A stretch of 29,341 nucleotides of DNA, taken from IMG/VR virus record IMGVR_UViG_3300000868_000018, positions 1 to 29,341 of that record, one strand, 5' to 3'. The position numbers and the translations under genes were made by a program. The DNA is from a virus. Lineage: Duplodnaviria > Caudoviricetes. Of this stretch, positions 7,554-16,663 are shown piece after piece; within the stretch, counting starts at the first letter, position 1, and every line of letters starts with the position of its first letter. A model generated the notes under the pieces. That model did no database searches. It was not told the origin of the DNA and saw only the letters and a list, made by a program, of their open reading frames with translations.

Positions 7554-9406
7554 CTGACGACACTACCGACGACGCCGAGGCAACGGTCTCGCTGTCAGTA
7601 ACGACGCCCGGCAACTCGGGCGCCCTCGAGAAGGCTGCAGAGACGACCCAGCTGGACGAGCGCCGCATCGCGACGGATATCGGCCGCGGGATCGTCCCGC
7701 CGTACAACCCCGACACGCTCGCGGCGTTCCAGGAGCTCAACGAGACCCACCAGGCCTGCATCCGCACCAAGGCCCGCTACGAGGTGGGCTACGGGTTCGA
7801 CATCGTCCAGCATCCGCAGGCCACCGACCCCGATCCCGACGGCGAGGCCTACCAGACCGTCGAGGACTTCTGGCGTGGCTCTGACTCGCGCTGGCAGGTC
7901 GGCCCCGAAGGCACGGCCGCCGCGACACCCGAAGAGGTACTCGAACTCTCACGGCAGGACTACTGGGGGATCGGCTGGGCCGCCCTGGAGATCCTCGTCG
8001 AGGGTGATGGCACGCCGATCGGGCTGGCGCACGTCCCCGCGAACACGGTGCGGGTCCGCAAGACCGAGACCGAGGACGACCGCGTCATCAGTGGTCATGG
8101 CTACGTCCAGATCCGCCAGGGTCGCCGGCGGTACTTCGGCGAGGCCGGCGATCGCTACGGCGACGACCCGACGTTCGTCGACAAGGAGAGTGGTGAGGTC
8201 GCCGACAGCGTCGACGCACTCGAGAACGGCCCGGCGAACGAGCTCATCTTCATTCCGAACCCCAGCCCGTTGAGTCTCTACTACGGGATCCCGGACTGGG
8301 TCGCCGCCATGCAGACGATGGCCGCCGACCAGAGCGCCAAGGAATGGAACCACGACATCTTCGAGAACCTGGGCATCCCCCACTACGCGATCAAGGTGAC
8401 AGGCGGCACGCTCACCGAAGACAGCAAGGACGATCTGCGCGAGCTCCAGGAGAACCTCAAGGGCGAGTCCCACCGGACGGCGATCCTCGAGGTCGAAGCG
8501 TTCGATCAGCAGAATCAACTGACGACCGAAGATGGTCGCGACGTCGACATCGAGTTCGAACCCCTGGGGGCGACCGACCAGCACGACATGGAGTTCCAGG
8601 CCTTCCGCGAGCGCAACGAGCACGAGATCGCGAAGGTTCACAACGTCCCGCCGATCCTCATCAACGTCACGTCGACGTCGAACCGCTCAAATTCGGAAGC
8701 GCAGACCCGCGAGTTCGCGAAGAACGTCATCGAGCCCGAGCAGGCGAAGTTCGAAGCTCGCCTCTACAAGATCCTCCACCAGACCGCGCTCGACGTCGAC
8801 GACTGGACGATCAACTTCGAGCTGCGCGGGGCCGACCAGCCCGGCGAAGATGCCCGGGTCGCTCGCCAGCGCGTCTCGGCGGTGCGCGGTGGCGTCACGA
8901 TCGACGAGGCCCGCGAGGCTGCTGGGTGGGGTCCGCTCCCCGACGAGCACCCGGTCGACGGTGACACGCTCGTCGCGAATCTCGACAGTACTGGCGACGT
9001 CGTCCCTGACGACGAGGATCGGCCCGAGGACGCCCCGCCACCAGAGAATCAGATCGGGACGCGGGACTGGGCTGACGTCGAGCCCGAGTTGACGAGCAAG
9101 CAGGCGATCGAGACAGTGCAGTTCTCCTCGAGCAACCTCGATGAGGGACTGTACGACATCGAGGAACAGGAGCTGTATCTGTCGTTCCTGCGTGATGAGG
9201 GCCCGTCGTCGCTGTACGCCTACGTCGACGTCCCACAGTCGGAGTGGGCGGCGCTGACGGCCGCCGGGTCGGCTGGCTCGTACCACTACGCAAACGTCCG
9301 CCTCGAATATCCATACGTTGAGATAAGTAATTTCCACGACAGACTCCCCGAGGGCCCGGCGCCCGATCCGGACGACGCCCCTGACGACATCCCAGGCGGG
9401 ATATGA
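7550..9406 (+). CDS. Portal protein with C-terminal KTSC domain
   Basis: Follows TerL; YYGIPDW, IAKVHNVPPILI, TIDEAREAAGWGPL portal motifs; C-terminal SSSNL...Y..VP..W..L..A.S.GSY KTSC signature. Confidence 0.9.
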   Translation: MTDDTTDDAEATVSLSVTTPGNSGALEKAAETTQLDERRIATDIGRGIVPPYNPDTLAAFQELNETHQACIRTKARYEVGYGFDIVQHPQATDPDPDGEAYQTVEDFWRGSDSRWQVGPEGTAAATPEEVLELSRQDYWGIGWAALEILVEGDGTPIGLAHVPANTVRVRKTETEDDRVISGHGYVQIRQGRRRYFGEAGDRYGDDPTFVDKESGEVADSVDALENGPANELIFIPNPSPLSLYYGIPDWVAAMQTMAADQSAKEWNHDIFENLGIPHYAIKVTGGTLTEDSKDDLRELQENLKGESHRTAILEVEAFDQQNQLTTEDGRDVDIEFEPLGATDQHDMEFQAFRERNEHEIAKVHNVPPILINVTSTSNRSNSEAQTREFAKNVIEPEQAKFEARLYKILHQTALDVDDWTINFELRGADQPGEDARVARQRVSAVRGGVTIDEAREAAGWGPLPDEHPVDGDTLVANLDSTGDVVPDDEDRPEDAPPPENQIGTRDWADVEPELTSKQAIETVQFSSSNLDEGLYDIEEQELYLSFLRDEGPSSLYAYVDVPQSEWAALTAAGSAGSYHYANVRLEYPYVEISNFHDRLPEGPAPDPDDAPDDIPGGI

Positions 9407-9501
9407 CTCTCACGTTGAGATAGACGACTGACGACCCTGCTGATGACGATGGGGGATCCCGGTCCCCATTCGAGGCCCTGTCGGGAGAACTGTTCTACAC
9501 A

Positions 9502-9624
9502 ATGAGCAACAGCAACAAAAAGCGCGGCGACAAGCGCGGCGTCCTTGATACCCGCAGGGCCAAGACCCTCGACAAAACGAAGGACGCCGACGCGGACGCC
9601 GCCGACGACGATGCGGAGGACTGA
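9502..9624 (+). CDS. 40-aa bipolar (basic then acidic) peptide
   Basis: MSNSNKKRGDKRGVLDTRRAKTLDKTKDADADAADDDAED; ends 3 nt before protease ATG. Confidence 0.55.
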   Translation: MSNSNKKRGDKRGVLDTRRAKTLDKTKDADADAADDDAED

Positions 9625-9627
9625 GCT

Positions 9628-11085
9628 ATGCCGCCGGTGACGAAAGCGGGGAGCCAGCAGTTCCGCAAGGACGTCGCGTTTGCGGAGACCAAAGACAGCG
9701 ACGAGTACGCGCTGGAAGCCAGCGGCATCGTGATGGTGCCGGACAAGGCCGACCTCCAGAACGACTTCGCGCGGGAAGCGACGATCCGCGAGTTCGCCGA
9801 CCAGTTCGAGACGTTCATCGACGCTGGCCAGGCGCAAGGCGGCATCATGCACGCCGTCTGGCCCGACGGCTGGATGGACCTCGAGCGCAACGAGGTGCTC
9901 GAGGAGGCCGAGGAGATCGGCGGGCAGACCGTCGACGCCGGCGCGTGGGTCCAGCGCTGGGGCATCACCAACGCCGACCTCGCGAGCCTCGTCGACGACA
10001 GTATCCTCGAGGGCTACTCGATCGGCGCGATCCAGGTTGACTGGGACGGGCCCTACGAGCAGGACGAGATCGAGAACGTCGATACGTCGGAGCTCCCCGA
10101 GGGCGAACTCGTCTGGGAGTTGACCGACGGGCTCGTCCGTGAGGTGTCGACGGTGGACATCCCCGCCGTCCCCGATGCCCAGATCCTTGAGGCGAAGGGG
10201 CTGGACAAGCGGCTGGCCGACCACGTCGGCAACCAGGACGCGTTTATCGACGAGGCGATGGAGCGCGGCCACAGCGAGGCCGACGCCGAGCGCCTCTGGG
10301 ACGTCCTCAACGCGGCCGTCGAGGCCGAGGGCTCGTCCGAGCCGGGCAAGCAGTCGCTGTTCGCTCGGGCTGGCAAGGCGTTCCTCTCGGCGTTGACGGG
10401 GTCCGATGACGGCCGTGACGCGAGCACGTCGCCCGAGGCCCCGGACAGTGACAGCGACAAAGAGGGGCGTACCCTCTCGAGACAGAATCGCGAGTCACTC
10501 TACGCGACGATCGACGCGAGTCTGGACGTCTTGCACGACGCCGGCGTCGACGACCTCCCCAAGCGCTTCACCGATCGTGAGGACACGTCGTTCTCGCTTG
10601 ACGAGCACACCGCTCGCGAGTGGCCTGACGACGAGGACGGCGATGAGGACGACGAGGACATGGGCGGCGGCGAAGTCACCGACCCGATCGCAAACAACGC
10701 CCCCGCGGGCGAGACCGCGGATAACTCTACTATGAGCAACGACGACCCGATGGCCGACGCTCCCGAGTGGGCAAAGGCCCTGGACGACCGTATCGACTCC
10801 CTCGAAAACGCCGACGGCGATGGCGACGCTGACGATCCGATGGCCGACGCCCCCGAGTGGGCGAAGGACCTCGCCCAGCGCGTCGACGAGATCGAGGAGA
10901 AGACCACAGACGACGACAAGCCCGAGTGGGCCAAAGCGCTCGAGGAGCGCGTCGACCAGATCTCCAAGCAGACCGGCGCGACAGAGTCCCAGCAGCTGGG
11001 CGGCGCCGAAAAGAACGGCTCCGACGAGAATCTGGACGAGCGCCAGAAGTTCTTCATCCCTGAGAGCAAGCGAGGTGGCCGATGA
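9628..11085 (+). CDS. XkdF-like prohead serine protease fused to scaffold region
   Basis: GIVMVPDKADLQND...H...GAW...GYSIG; acidic C-terminus with PEWAK repeats; lies between portal and MCP. Confidence 0.85.
   Translation: MPPVTKAGSQQFRKDVAFAETKDSDEYALEASGIVMVPDKADLQNDFAREATIREFADQFETFIDAGQAQGGIMHAVWPDGWMDLERNEVLEEAEEIGGQTVDAGAWVQRWGITNADLASLVDDSILEGYSIGAIQVDWDGPYEQDEIENVDTSELPEGELVWELTDGLVREVSTVDIPAVPDAQILEAKGLDKRLADHVGNQDAFIDEAMERGHSEADAERLWDVLNAAVEAEGSSEPGKQSLFARAGKAFLSALTGSDDGRDASTSPEAPDSDSDKEGRTLSRQNRESLYATIDASLDVLHDAGVDDLPKRFTDREDTSFSLDEHTAREWPDDEDGDEDDEDMGGGEVTDPIANNAPAGETADNSTMSNDDPMADAPEWAKALDDRIDSLENADGDGDADDPMADAPEWAKDLAQRVDEIEEKTTDDDKPEWAKALEERVDQISKQTGATESQQLGGAEKNGSDENLDERQKFFIPESKRGGR
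10741..10968 (+). repeat. Three PEWAK(A/D)L..R(I/V)D repeats in scaffold region
   Basis: DDPMADAPEWAK twice plus KPEWAK; also visible in DNA (ccgatggccgacgc.cccgagtgggc). Confidence 0.85.
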
Positions 11086-12035
11086 GTACTAACTACGGCG
11101 GTATGACCGGCGTCCGCAAGGACAACGAGGAATCGCTCGAGAAGTTCGACACGACTGACCTCTCCGGCGGCGTGATGCCGCGGGATCTCTTCGAGGACTG
11201 GTACCAGCGCGTCCAGGACACGGCGACGCTACTGGATATGGTCCGCACGGAGATCCTCCCGCGGCCGAAGATGGAGCTCGCCCGCATCGGCGTCGGCGAG
11301 CGGATGCGCCGCGGCGGCACCGAGACCGAGGGCGACAGTCCCACCGGGTCGGTCAACACCGACGGCATCGAGATGGACGCCACCAAGGGCCTCCTGTCGT
11401 GGGACCTCCAGCGCGAGGCCGTCGAGGACACCATCGGCCAGGTCGACGAGATCGTCCTGGACAAGATGGCCCAGCAGTGGGCGGTCGACACCCAGGACCT
11501 GGCGATCAACGGCGACGAGGCCGACGCCGACGCGTTCGTCCAGCAGAACGACGGCTGGCTGAAGATCCTCAGCAACCGGACCGACACCAACACCTACGAC
11601 CACCAGGGTGGGGCGATCGACACCAGTCTCTGGCACGAGAGCCGGGCCGCGCTGCCGAACAAGTACAAGCGCAGCGACCAGGTCCAGGAGCCGGTCTACA
11701 TGATGAACCTGTCGCACATCGAGGACTACGAGTTCGACCTCACCCAGCGGGAGGATCCGCTCGGCGCGGCCGTGCTGTTCAGCGACGACGACATCTCGCC
11801 GTTCAACTACGACGTCTACGGCTTCGCCGCCTGGCCCGAGGACACGGCGCTGTTCACCTACCCCGAGAACCTCATCTACGGCGTCTGGCGCGAGACCGAA
11901 GTCGAGGTCCTGGACGCGACCGACAAGACCGCCGAGAACGACCTCTTCGCGCGGTACTTCATGCGGACCCGCGACGACTTCTCCGTCGAGGACGAGGAAG
12001 GTGCCGTCCTGATCAACAACCTGCCGACGGCCTGA
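11082..12035 (+). CDS. Major capsid protein (HK97 fold)
   Basis: Position after protease; GGVMP, DLAINGD, DGWLK, PENLIYG; strongly biased codon usage. Confidence 0.9.
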   Translation: MSTNYGGMTGVRKDNEESLEKFDTTDLSGGVMPRDLFEDWYQRVQDTATLLDMVRTEILPRPKMELARIGVGERMRRGGTETEGDSPTGSVNTDGIEMDATKGLLSWDLQREAVEDTIGQVDEIVLDKMAQQWAVDTQDLAINGDEADADAFVQQNDGWLKILSNRTDTNTYDHQGGAIDTSLWHESRAALPNKYKRSDQVQEPVYMMNLSHIEDYEFDLTQREDPLGAAVLFSDDDISPFNYDVYGFAAWPEDTALFTYPENLIYGVWRETEVEVLDATDKTAENDLFARYFMRTRDDFSVEDEEGAVLINNLPTA

Positions 12036-12046
12036 GGTGGTGACTA

Positions 12047-12397
12047 ATGTCTACCACTAACAACCGCGTCCGGGAGCACTTCGAGGGCGACTCGCCGTAC
12101 GTCGCGACCGACAGCCCGGCAACCGACGCGGACACGACAGTCGCTGAGAACACACGCGTCCACATCGTCACCGCCGACGGGACCAACACCGTGGTCCTTG
12201 ATGAGGCTGCCGCGGAGGGCCAGGAGGTCACGATCGTCCACGATGGCGGTGCGAACACGCCGACGCTGTCGTTCGCTGATGCGGACTTCGTCGGGACCGG
12301 GCCGTCGAACCTCACGACCCAGGGCGCCACAGCCACCGTCAAGAACGTCGATGGCACGGCCAGCGGCTGGGTCGTCGTCGGCACTGGGAGCGCCTGA
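12047..12397 (+). CDS. Putative capsid decoration protein (beta-rich)
   Basis: Immediately after MCP; strong GAGGTGGTG SD; Thr/Val beta pattern. Confidence 0.6.
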   Translation: MSTTNNRVREHFEGDSPYVATDSPATDADTTVAENTRVHIVTADGTNTVVLDEAAAEGQEVTIVHDGGANTPTLSFADADFVGTGPSNLTTQGATATVKNVDGTASGWVVVGTGSA

Positions 12398-12399
12398 CT

Positions 12400-12744
12400 A
12401 TGCCAACGGCCCGCTATACAGCTGACGGCGGGGCGTATCGCGTCGGCGGCCACCACTTCGAGCCGGGCGACGAGCAGGCGGTCGACGCCGAGCTGGCCGC
12501 GTACCTTGCCGACGTCGACGACTTCGAGGTGATCGGCGGCGAGGATGACGTCCGCGAGGAGGACGGGCCGCCTGACGTCCCAGTCCTCGCCGAAGATGCG
12601 ACCGTCGCCGAGATCGAAGACGCGATCGCCACCATCGAATCCGCGGACGCTATCCGATACATCCTCGAGGACGAGCGCAAAGGACCGAACCGGACCACCG
12701 CGATCGACGCGCTCGAAGCACGACTCGACGAGCTGGAGGGCTAA
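12400..12744 (+). CDS. Head-associated hypothetical protein with C-terminal helical module
   Basis: ATVAEIEDAI...ERKGPNRTTAIDALE, a pattern typical of post-MCP genes. Confidence 0.65.
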   Translation: MPTARYTADGGAYRVGGHHFEPGDEQAVDAELAAYLADVDDFEVIGGEDDVREEDGPPDVPVLAEDATVAEIEDAIATIESADAIRYILEDERKGPNRTTAIDALEARLDELEG

Positions 12745-12747
12745 CAT

Positions 12748-13041
12748 ATGCCTACTACTGAAGAGACAATCGACATCGAGGCCAGTGGCAACACGGTCGC
12801 ACTCCGCCTGCTCGACAACAACATCGTCGACGTCCATATCCGCGGTGACGCGACAGCGGACTACGCGATCGACGTCCGGACAAACGGTGGCACCTGGATC
12901 CAGGGCGTCCGCTCGGGCTACAGCGGGAGTGCTGACTACGACGACGTCCTCGAGACCGGGGCTGTCGAGCTTCGGATCAGGTGCACGAACGGGACCGCCA
13001 CCGCTGGAGACTCGGCGACGATCACGCTGATGGCGAGTTGA
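12748..13041 (+). CDS. Small beta-sandwich virion protein
   Basis: Beta-strand alternation; GGAGG SD. Confidence 0.65.
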   Translation: MPTTEETIDIEASGNTVALRLLDNNIVDVHIRGDATADYAIDVRTNGGTWIQGVRSGYSGSADYDDVLETGAVELRIRCTNGTATAGDSATITLMAS

Positions 13042-13053
13042 TGGTGATCGCTT

Positions 13054-13791
13054 ATGCCTGAAGGCTACTGCACGCTCGAAGACCTCCGACGCGCCCTGCG
13101 AGAGGCGTCACTACCGGGCGATATCGGCCAGGACCAGCAGATCGCTGTCGACGCGATCACGGCCCAGACCGAGTGGCTCGAGAAGACGCTCAAGCGCCAC
13201 TGGTACGCACCGTCGGGGATCGACGAGGCTACCGAGATCACGATCCCGACGTCGCCGAAGAGTCGCGACGACGAGTACGACATCCCGACCCCGTCGGCGT
13301 TCATCGTTGAGGAGGATGGGCCGGTCCCGAAGACGTCACAGGGTGGCTACGCGGCGATCGAGCTCGCCCGTCGCGACGCCGAGAGCATCCAGGCGTTGCA
13401 CGTCCGCACCGAAGACGGGACCTTCGAGGACTGGGCTGCCAGTAGCGACTACTCCGAGGGGTCGTGGCCACCATCGGGCGAGGACTACTACCTGCGAGTC
13501 AACAACGGTGGCGTCTCGCGGTTGTATCTCGACACGACGAACCTCCTCGTAGAAGACGAGGACGATGAGTACGTCCTGGACAGCTTCGCCAACGCGGTCT
13601 ATCTGGAGTTCTCGTATGGCCACGAGGGTATCCCCCAGACCGTCCGGCGTGCAGTGGCGTTCCGGGCTGCCTCGGATTTCGTCGAGGATGCCGCGATCCA
13701 GATCCCCGAGAGCGCGCAGGTCTACAACGTCGAGTCGCTCGCCGAGCAGTTCGAGCGCAAGGCTGAGGAACTGCTGGAGGTCTATCAGTGA
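13054..13791 (+). CDS. Head-tail adaptor
   Basis: N-terminal YCTLEDLR and C-terminal YGHEGIPQTVRRAV, as in gp6/gp15-type adaptors. Confidence 0.8.
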   Translation: MPEGYCTLEDLRRALREASLPGDIGQDQQIAVDAITAQTEWLEKTLKRHWYAPSGIDEATEITIPTSPKSRDDEYDIPTPSAFIVEEDGPVPKTSQGGYAAIELARRDAESIQALHVRTEDGTFEDWAASSDYSEGSWPPSGEDYYLRVNNGGVSRLYLDTTNLLVEDEDDEYVLDSFANAVYLEFSYGHEGIPQTVRRAVAFRAASDFVEDAAIQIPESAQVYNVESLAEQFERKAEELLEVYQ

Positions 13792-14261
13792 TTTCGCTTG
13801 AGGCCAGTTTCGAGGACGACCTCCGCGAGGCCGTCCTGGACGACGTCGAACACCAGCTGGTCGGCCAGCGCGACAACCTCATCGCGCAGGCGATCTCGTT
13901 CGTCCACGGCCGCCTCGACAGGTACGCCCGCGAGTTCGACTACAACGTCGAGCCGATCAAGCAGAGCCTCGAGCCCGTCGAGGTCCAGCGCTCGGATGGC
14001 TCGATCACCGTCCGTTTCGGGTGGTCTCACGAGGCGATGCCCTACCTGGAGTTCGGCACCTCTGAGCACACGATCGAAGGCGATCCCATCCTGAGTTTCG
14101 TCTGGGAGGAACGGCACGACCCGCCCGACTGGGTCCGCGAGGAGTTCGACGCCGAGGGTGACGGCTACCGCGTGTTTCTACCCGAGGTCGAAGTAGCCGG
14201 CGTCAAAGAGACGCGGGCCGTGCGTGACGCGCTGAATATGCTCCGGAGGCAACTACAGTGA
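13788..14261 (+). CDS. Neck protein, HK97 gp10-like
   Basis: YLEFGT motif; position in neck cluster. Confidence 0.7.
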   Translation: MISLEASFEDDLREAVLDDVEHQLVGQRDNLIAQAISFVHGRLDRYAREFDYNVEPIKQSLEPVEVQRSDGSITVRFGWSHEAMPYLEFGTSEHTIEGDPILSFVWEERHDPPDWVREEFDAEGDGYRVFLPEVEVAGVKETRAVRDALNMLRRQLQ

Positions 14262-14788
14262 CCGCGACACCAGTCGCGTGGGTGCTTGATCAGCTGGCGT
14301 CGGTCGTCGACGCCCAGCCGGCCGACCACCCACTCCGGCGCGTCGATCGCGACAACGCCCAGGTTTACGAGGGGGCACAGACGGTCGATATGTCCTCACC
14401 GATCCGCGACCGGACGGGCGACCTCCAGGAGGCTAACTTTGTCGGCGCGTCGCTGGCCGATCGCTCGGGCACGCCGATCGGGACCGAGTACGATCTGGAC
14501 CTCGAGACGGTCGTCGGCATCCGCATCGAGGGCGCGCATCACTCCGAGTGGGGGCATATCGACCCCGCCGGCACCGACGGCGTCGTCTTCGAGGGCGCTG
14601 ACGGCTCGCTCGTCGAGCAGATCCGCTCGGCGATCTACGACGGGCGGCGCTTCCCCGACGCTGGCCGCGTGGACGTCTCGTTCACACACCTGACGATCAC
14701 CAACGAGGCGAGCCAGTCTGACAACTGGGCGGACTACTACCGATATGACCTGGATATCGTCTTCGACGGCTTTGAGGAGTTGTCATGA
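14258..14788 (+). CDS. Putative tail terminator/completion protein
   Basis: Position; C-terminal YYRYDLDIVF strand. Confidence 0.6.
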   Translation: MTATPVAWVLDQLASVVDAQPADHPLRRVDRDNAQVYEGAQTVDMSSPIRDRTGDLQEANFVGASLADRSGTPIGTEYDLDLETVVGIRIEGAHHSEWGHIDPAGTDGVVFEGADGSLVEQIRSAIYDGRRFPDAGRVDVSFTHLTITNEASQSDNWADYYRYDLDIVFDGFEELS

Positions 14789-15297
14789 GTCTGTCACAGA
14801 GCGCCGTCAAAATGGAGCTGCCCGACGGCTCGGTCTACGAGGCGCGGGGCAACGTCCGCTTTGAGGAGCAACAGCAGACGCAGTACGTGCTCGACGGACT
14901 CGGTGCGATCGGCGCGGTCGCCAGCGGCCAACTCGGTCAGTCGACGTATGCCAAGCCCCGCATCGGCGTCGGGTCCGGGACGCGGACGTTTCAGGTCCGG
15001 TTTGAGAGCTGGACCGGCGACACGTCCCAATGGGGCGGGCTCGCGGCTGATCGCCACCCCGTCGCCAAGATGCAACACTTCGGCGATGCACTCGCGTCGG
15101 TCCCGTTCTCCTCGGGCGCGACGGTCACACTCTCGTATGGGGAGTACTCGACGGCTGGCGATCTCGAGCCACTGGCAGTCACGCCCGCCGAGGTTGATCT
15201 CCCCTTCGACACGCGCGAAGAGTCGTCGTCGTTCACTGGTTCAATCACCTGGATTGAGACGCTGGACATCAACCAAGCGGTCCACGAGGCACCATAG
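14785..15297 (+). CDS. Virion protein, possibly tube-fold (Dit-like)
   Basis: Beta-helix-beta pattern ending FTGSITWIE. Confidence 0.5.
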   Translation: MSLSQSAVKMELPDGSVYEARGNVRFEEQQQTQYVLDGLGAIGAVASGQLGQSTYAKPRIGVGSGTRTFQVRFESWTGDTSQWGGLAADRHPVAKMQHFGDALASVPFSSGATVTLSYGEYSTAGDLEPLAVTPAEVDLPFDTREESSSFTGSITWIETLDINQAVHEAP

Positions 15298-15705
15298 ATG
15301 CCGAACTACGACCTGACGCCAGCCGACGCGAGCACGCCGCTCGTCCGGCTGTATGAGGAGACGCTGACCCGCATCCCACGCGGCCAGCAAAACGAGGCCG
15401 AAGCCCCACCGATGGCAGTCGGCGTCAGTCCGACAGCCGTCCCCGACGGCGTCGCTGCGGCGTCGGTCACGCTCCGGGGCGTCTGGCTCGGGACTGAGGC
15501 GTCGACGCTGGCCGATCGGCTGCGGACGATCCTTGATGACCCGACGATCTCCGAGATCGAGCTGCAGGCTGTCGACGATAGTGGCACCGACGTCGCCGCG
15601 CCGTACAACGGGACGTACGTACTCGGCGGCGAGTCGCGGGTTGACCAGCAGACGCCGACCGACGACCGCGTCTGGACCTACGAGATCCGACTCAACGAGG
15701 CCTAA
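15298..15705 (+). CDS. Virion protein, possibly tube-initiator/Dit-like
   Basis: SVTLRGVW-helix-GTYVL...WTYEIRLNE, resembling the P2 gpU-type pattern. Confidence 0.5.
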   Translation: MPNYDLTPADASTPLVRLYEETLTRIPRGQQNEAEAPPMAVGVSPTAVPDGVAAASVTLRGVWLGTEASTLADRLRTILDDPTISEIELQAVDDSGTDVAAPYNGTYVLGGESRVDQQTPTDDRVWTYEIRLNEA

Positions 15706-15742
15706 CACACATGACACCCACAGACACTGACGGAGGTATCGT

Positions 15743-16663
15743 ATGACGGGCGCTGGCTCGGCGGAGCTGCTGTTTGCCCACGAGGAGACGTTTATGGGCT
15801 CGCTGGTTGACAGCGACTCCAGCGGCGATCCAGAGCTGTACGCGCCCGGCCGCAACGAATCGCTTGACGAACTCAACCTGAAGCGGCAACTCCAGCGGAT
15901 GCGCGAGGCCGGCGCCGTCGAGAGCGTCGAGTCCATCGCCCAGAACCTGGAGGGTGCGGTCTCGATCTCGGCGACCGTCTCCAGCGACGTCCACGCTGAG
16001 GTCGAGCAGATCGTCTTCAACGACGGCGGTAGTGGATTCGTCCACGGCCGACCCAACACGGCTGCGATCTTCGCCGGCGTCGACTACCTCGACGGGACGG
16101 TCAACCGCAAACTCTCGGGGTGTATCCCACTCAGCTACGAACTCACCTACGAGCAGGGCGGGATGGTCACCTACTCGCTGGCGCTGGCCTATGCAGATGA
16201 GGAGACCGACGTCACGATCCCGACGACGGAGGTGACTCGCGTCAGCAACGACACGTCCGCGCCGTTCCACGAGTTCGGGCTGACGATCGATGCCGGGTCC
16301 ATCCCGAAGCTCCAGTCGGCGACGCTGACGATCGACAACATCGCCCGCTTCCAGCGCGGCCCCAGTCACACACCGGTCGATGCCGTCATCGCGGCGCCCG
16401 AGACGACGCTGGACGTCGAGGCGATCATCACTGGCCCGTCGACGACGGAGCTGGCGTACGGCTCCTCAAGTGCGACCACGACGCAAGCGTCGATGGACTC
16501 GGTCTCGGGCTCGGTGGACGTCGCGGCCAACGGCACGACGGTCTCGACGTACTCACTGCCACAGCTCAAGCCTGATAACGTGGCCTGGAACCAGGTCGTT
16601 GAGACTGACGACACGACCGAGAGCTACACGATGCACGTCAATGGTGGGGTGAGTGTCGCATAA
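15743..16663 (+). CDS. Tail tube (major tail) protein
   Basis: GGAGGT SD; N-terminal TGAGSAELLFAHEETFMG, LQSATLTIDN; precedes chaperone. Confidence 0.8.
   Translation: MTGAGSAELLFAHEETFMGSLVDSDSSGDPELYAPGRNESLDELNLKRQLQRMREAGAVESVESIAQNLEGAVSISATVSSDVHAEVEQIVFNDGGSGFVHGRPNTAAIFAGVDYLDGTVNRKLSGCIPLSYELTYEQGGMVTYSLALAYADEETDVTIPTTEVTRVSNDTSAPFHEFGLTIDAGSIPKLQSATLTIDNIARFQRGPSHTPVDAVIAAPETTLDVEAIITGPSTTELAYGSSSATTTQASMDSVSGSVDVAANGTTVSTYSLPQLKPDNVAWNQVVETDDTTESYTMHVNGGVSVA

Noticed and set aside
6213-9406. Intein in terminase or portal
   Set aside because: TerL is normal length with contiguous motifs; extra portal length is explained by linker plus KTSC; no intein terminal motifs seen
9420-9460. 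Fluoride riboswitch suggested by GCTGATGAC
   Set aside because: No upstream GGCGATGG-type P1 or pseudoknot partner
9440-9480. Hammerhead ribozyme suggested by CTGATGA followed by a hairpin
   Set aside because: The required GAAA after stem II is absent (GAGG instead) and no stem III or cleavage triplet can be built
10741-10968. CRISPR-like mini-array
   Set aside because: Repeats are in-frame, vary at synonymous positions and encode the PEWAK motif
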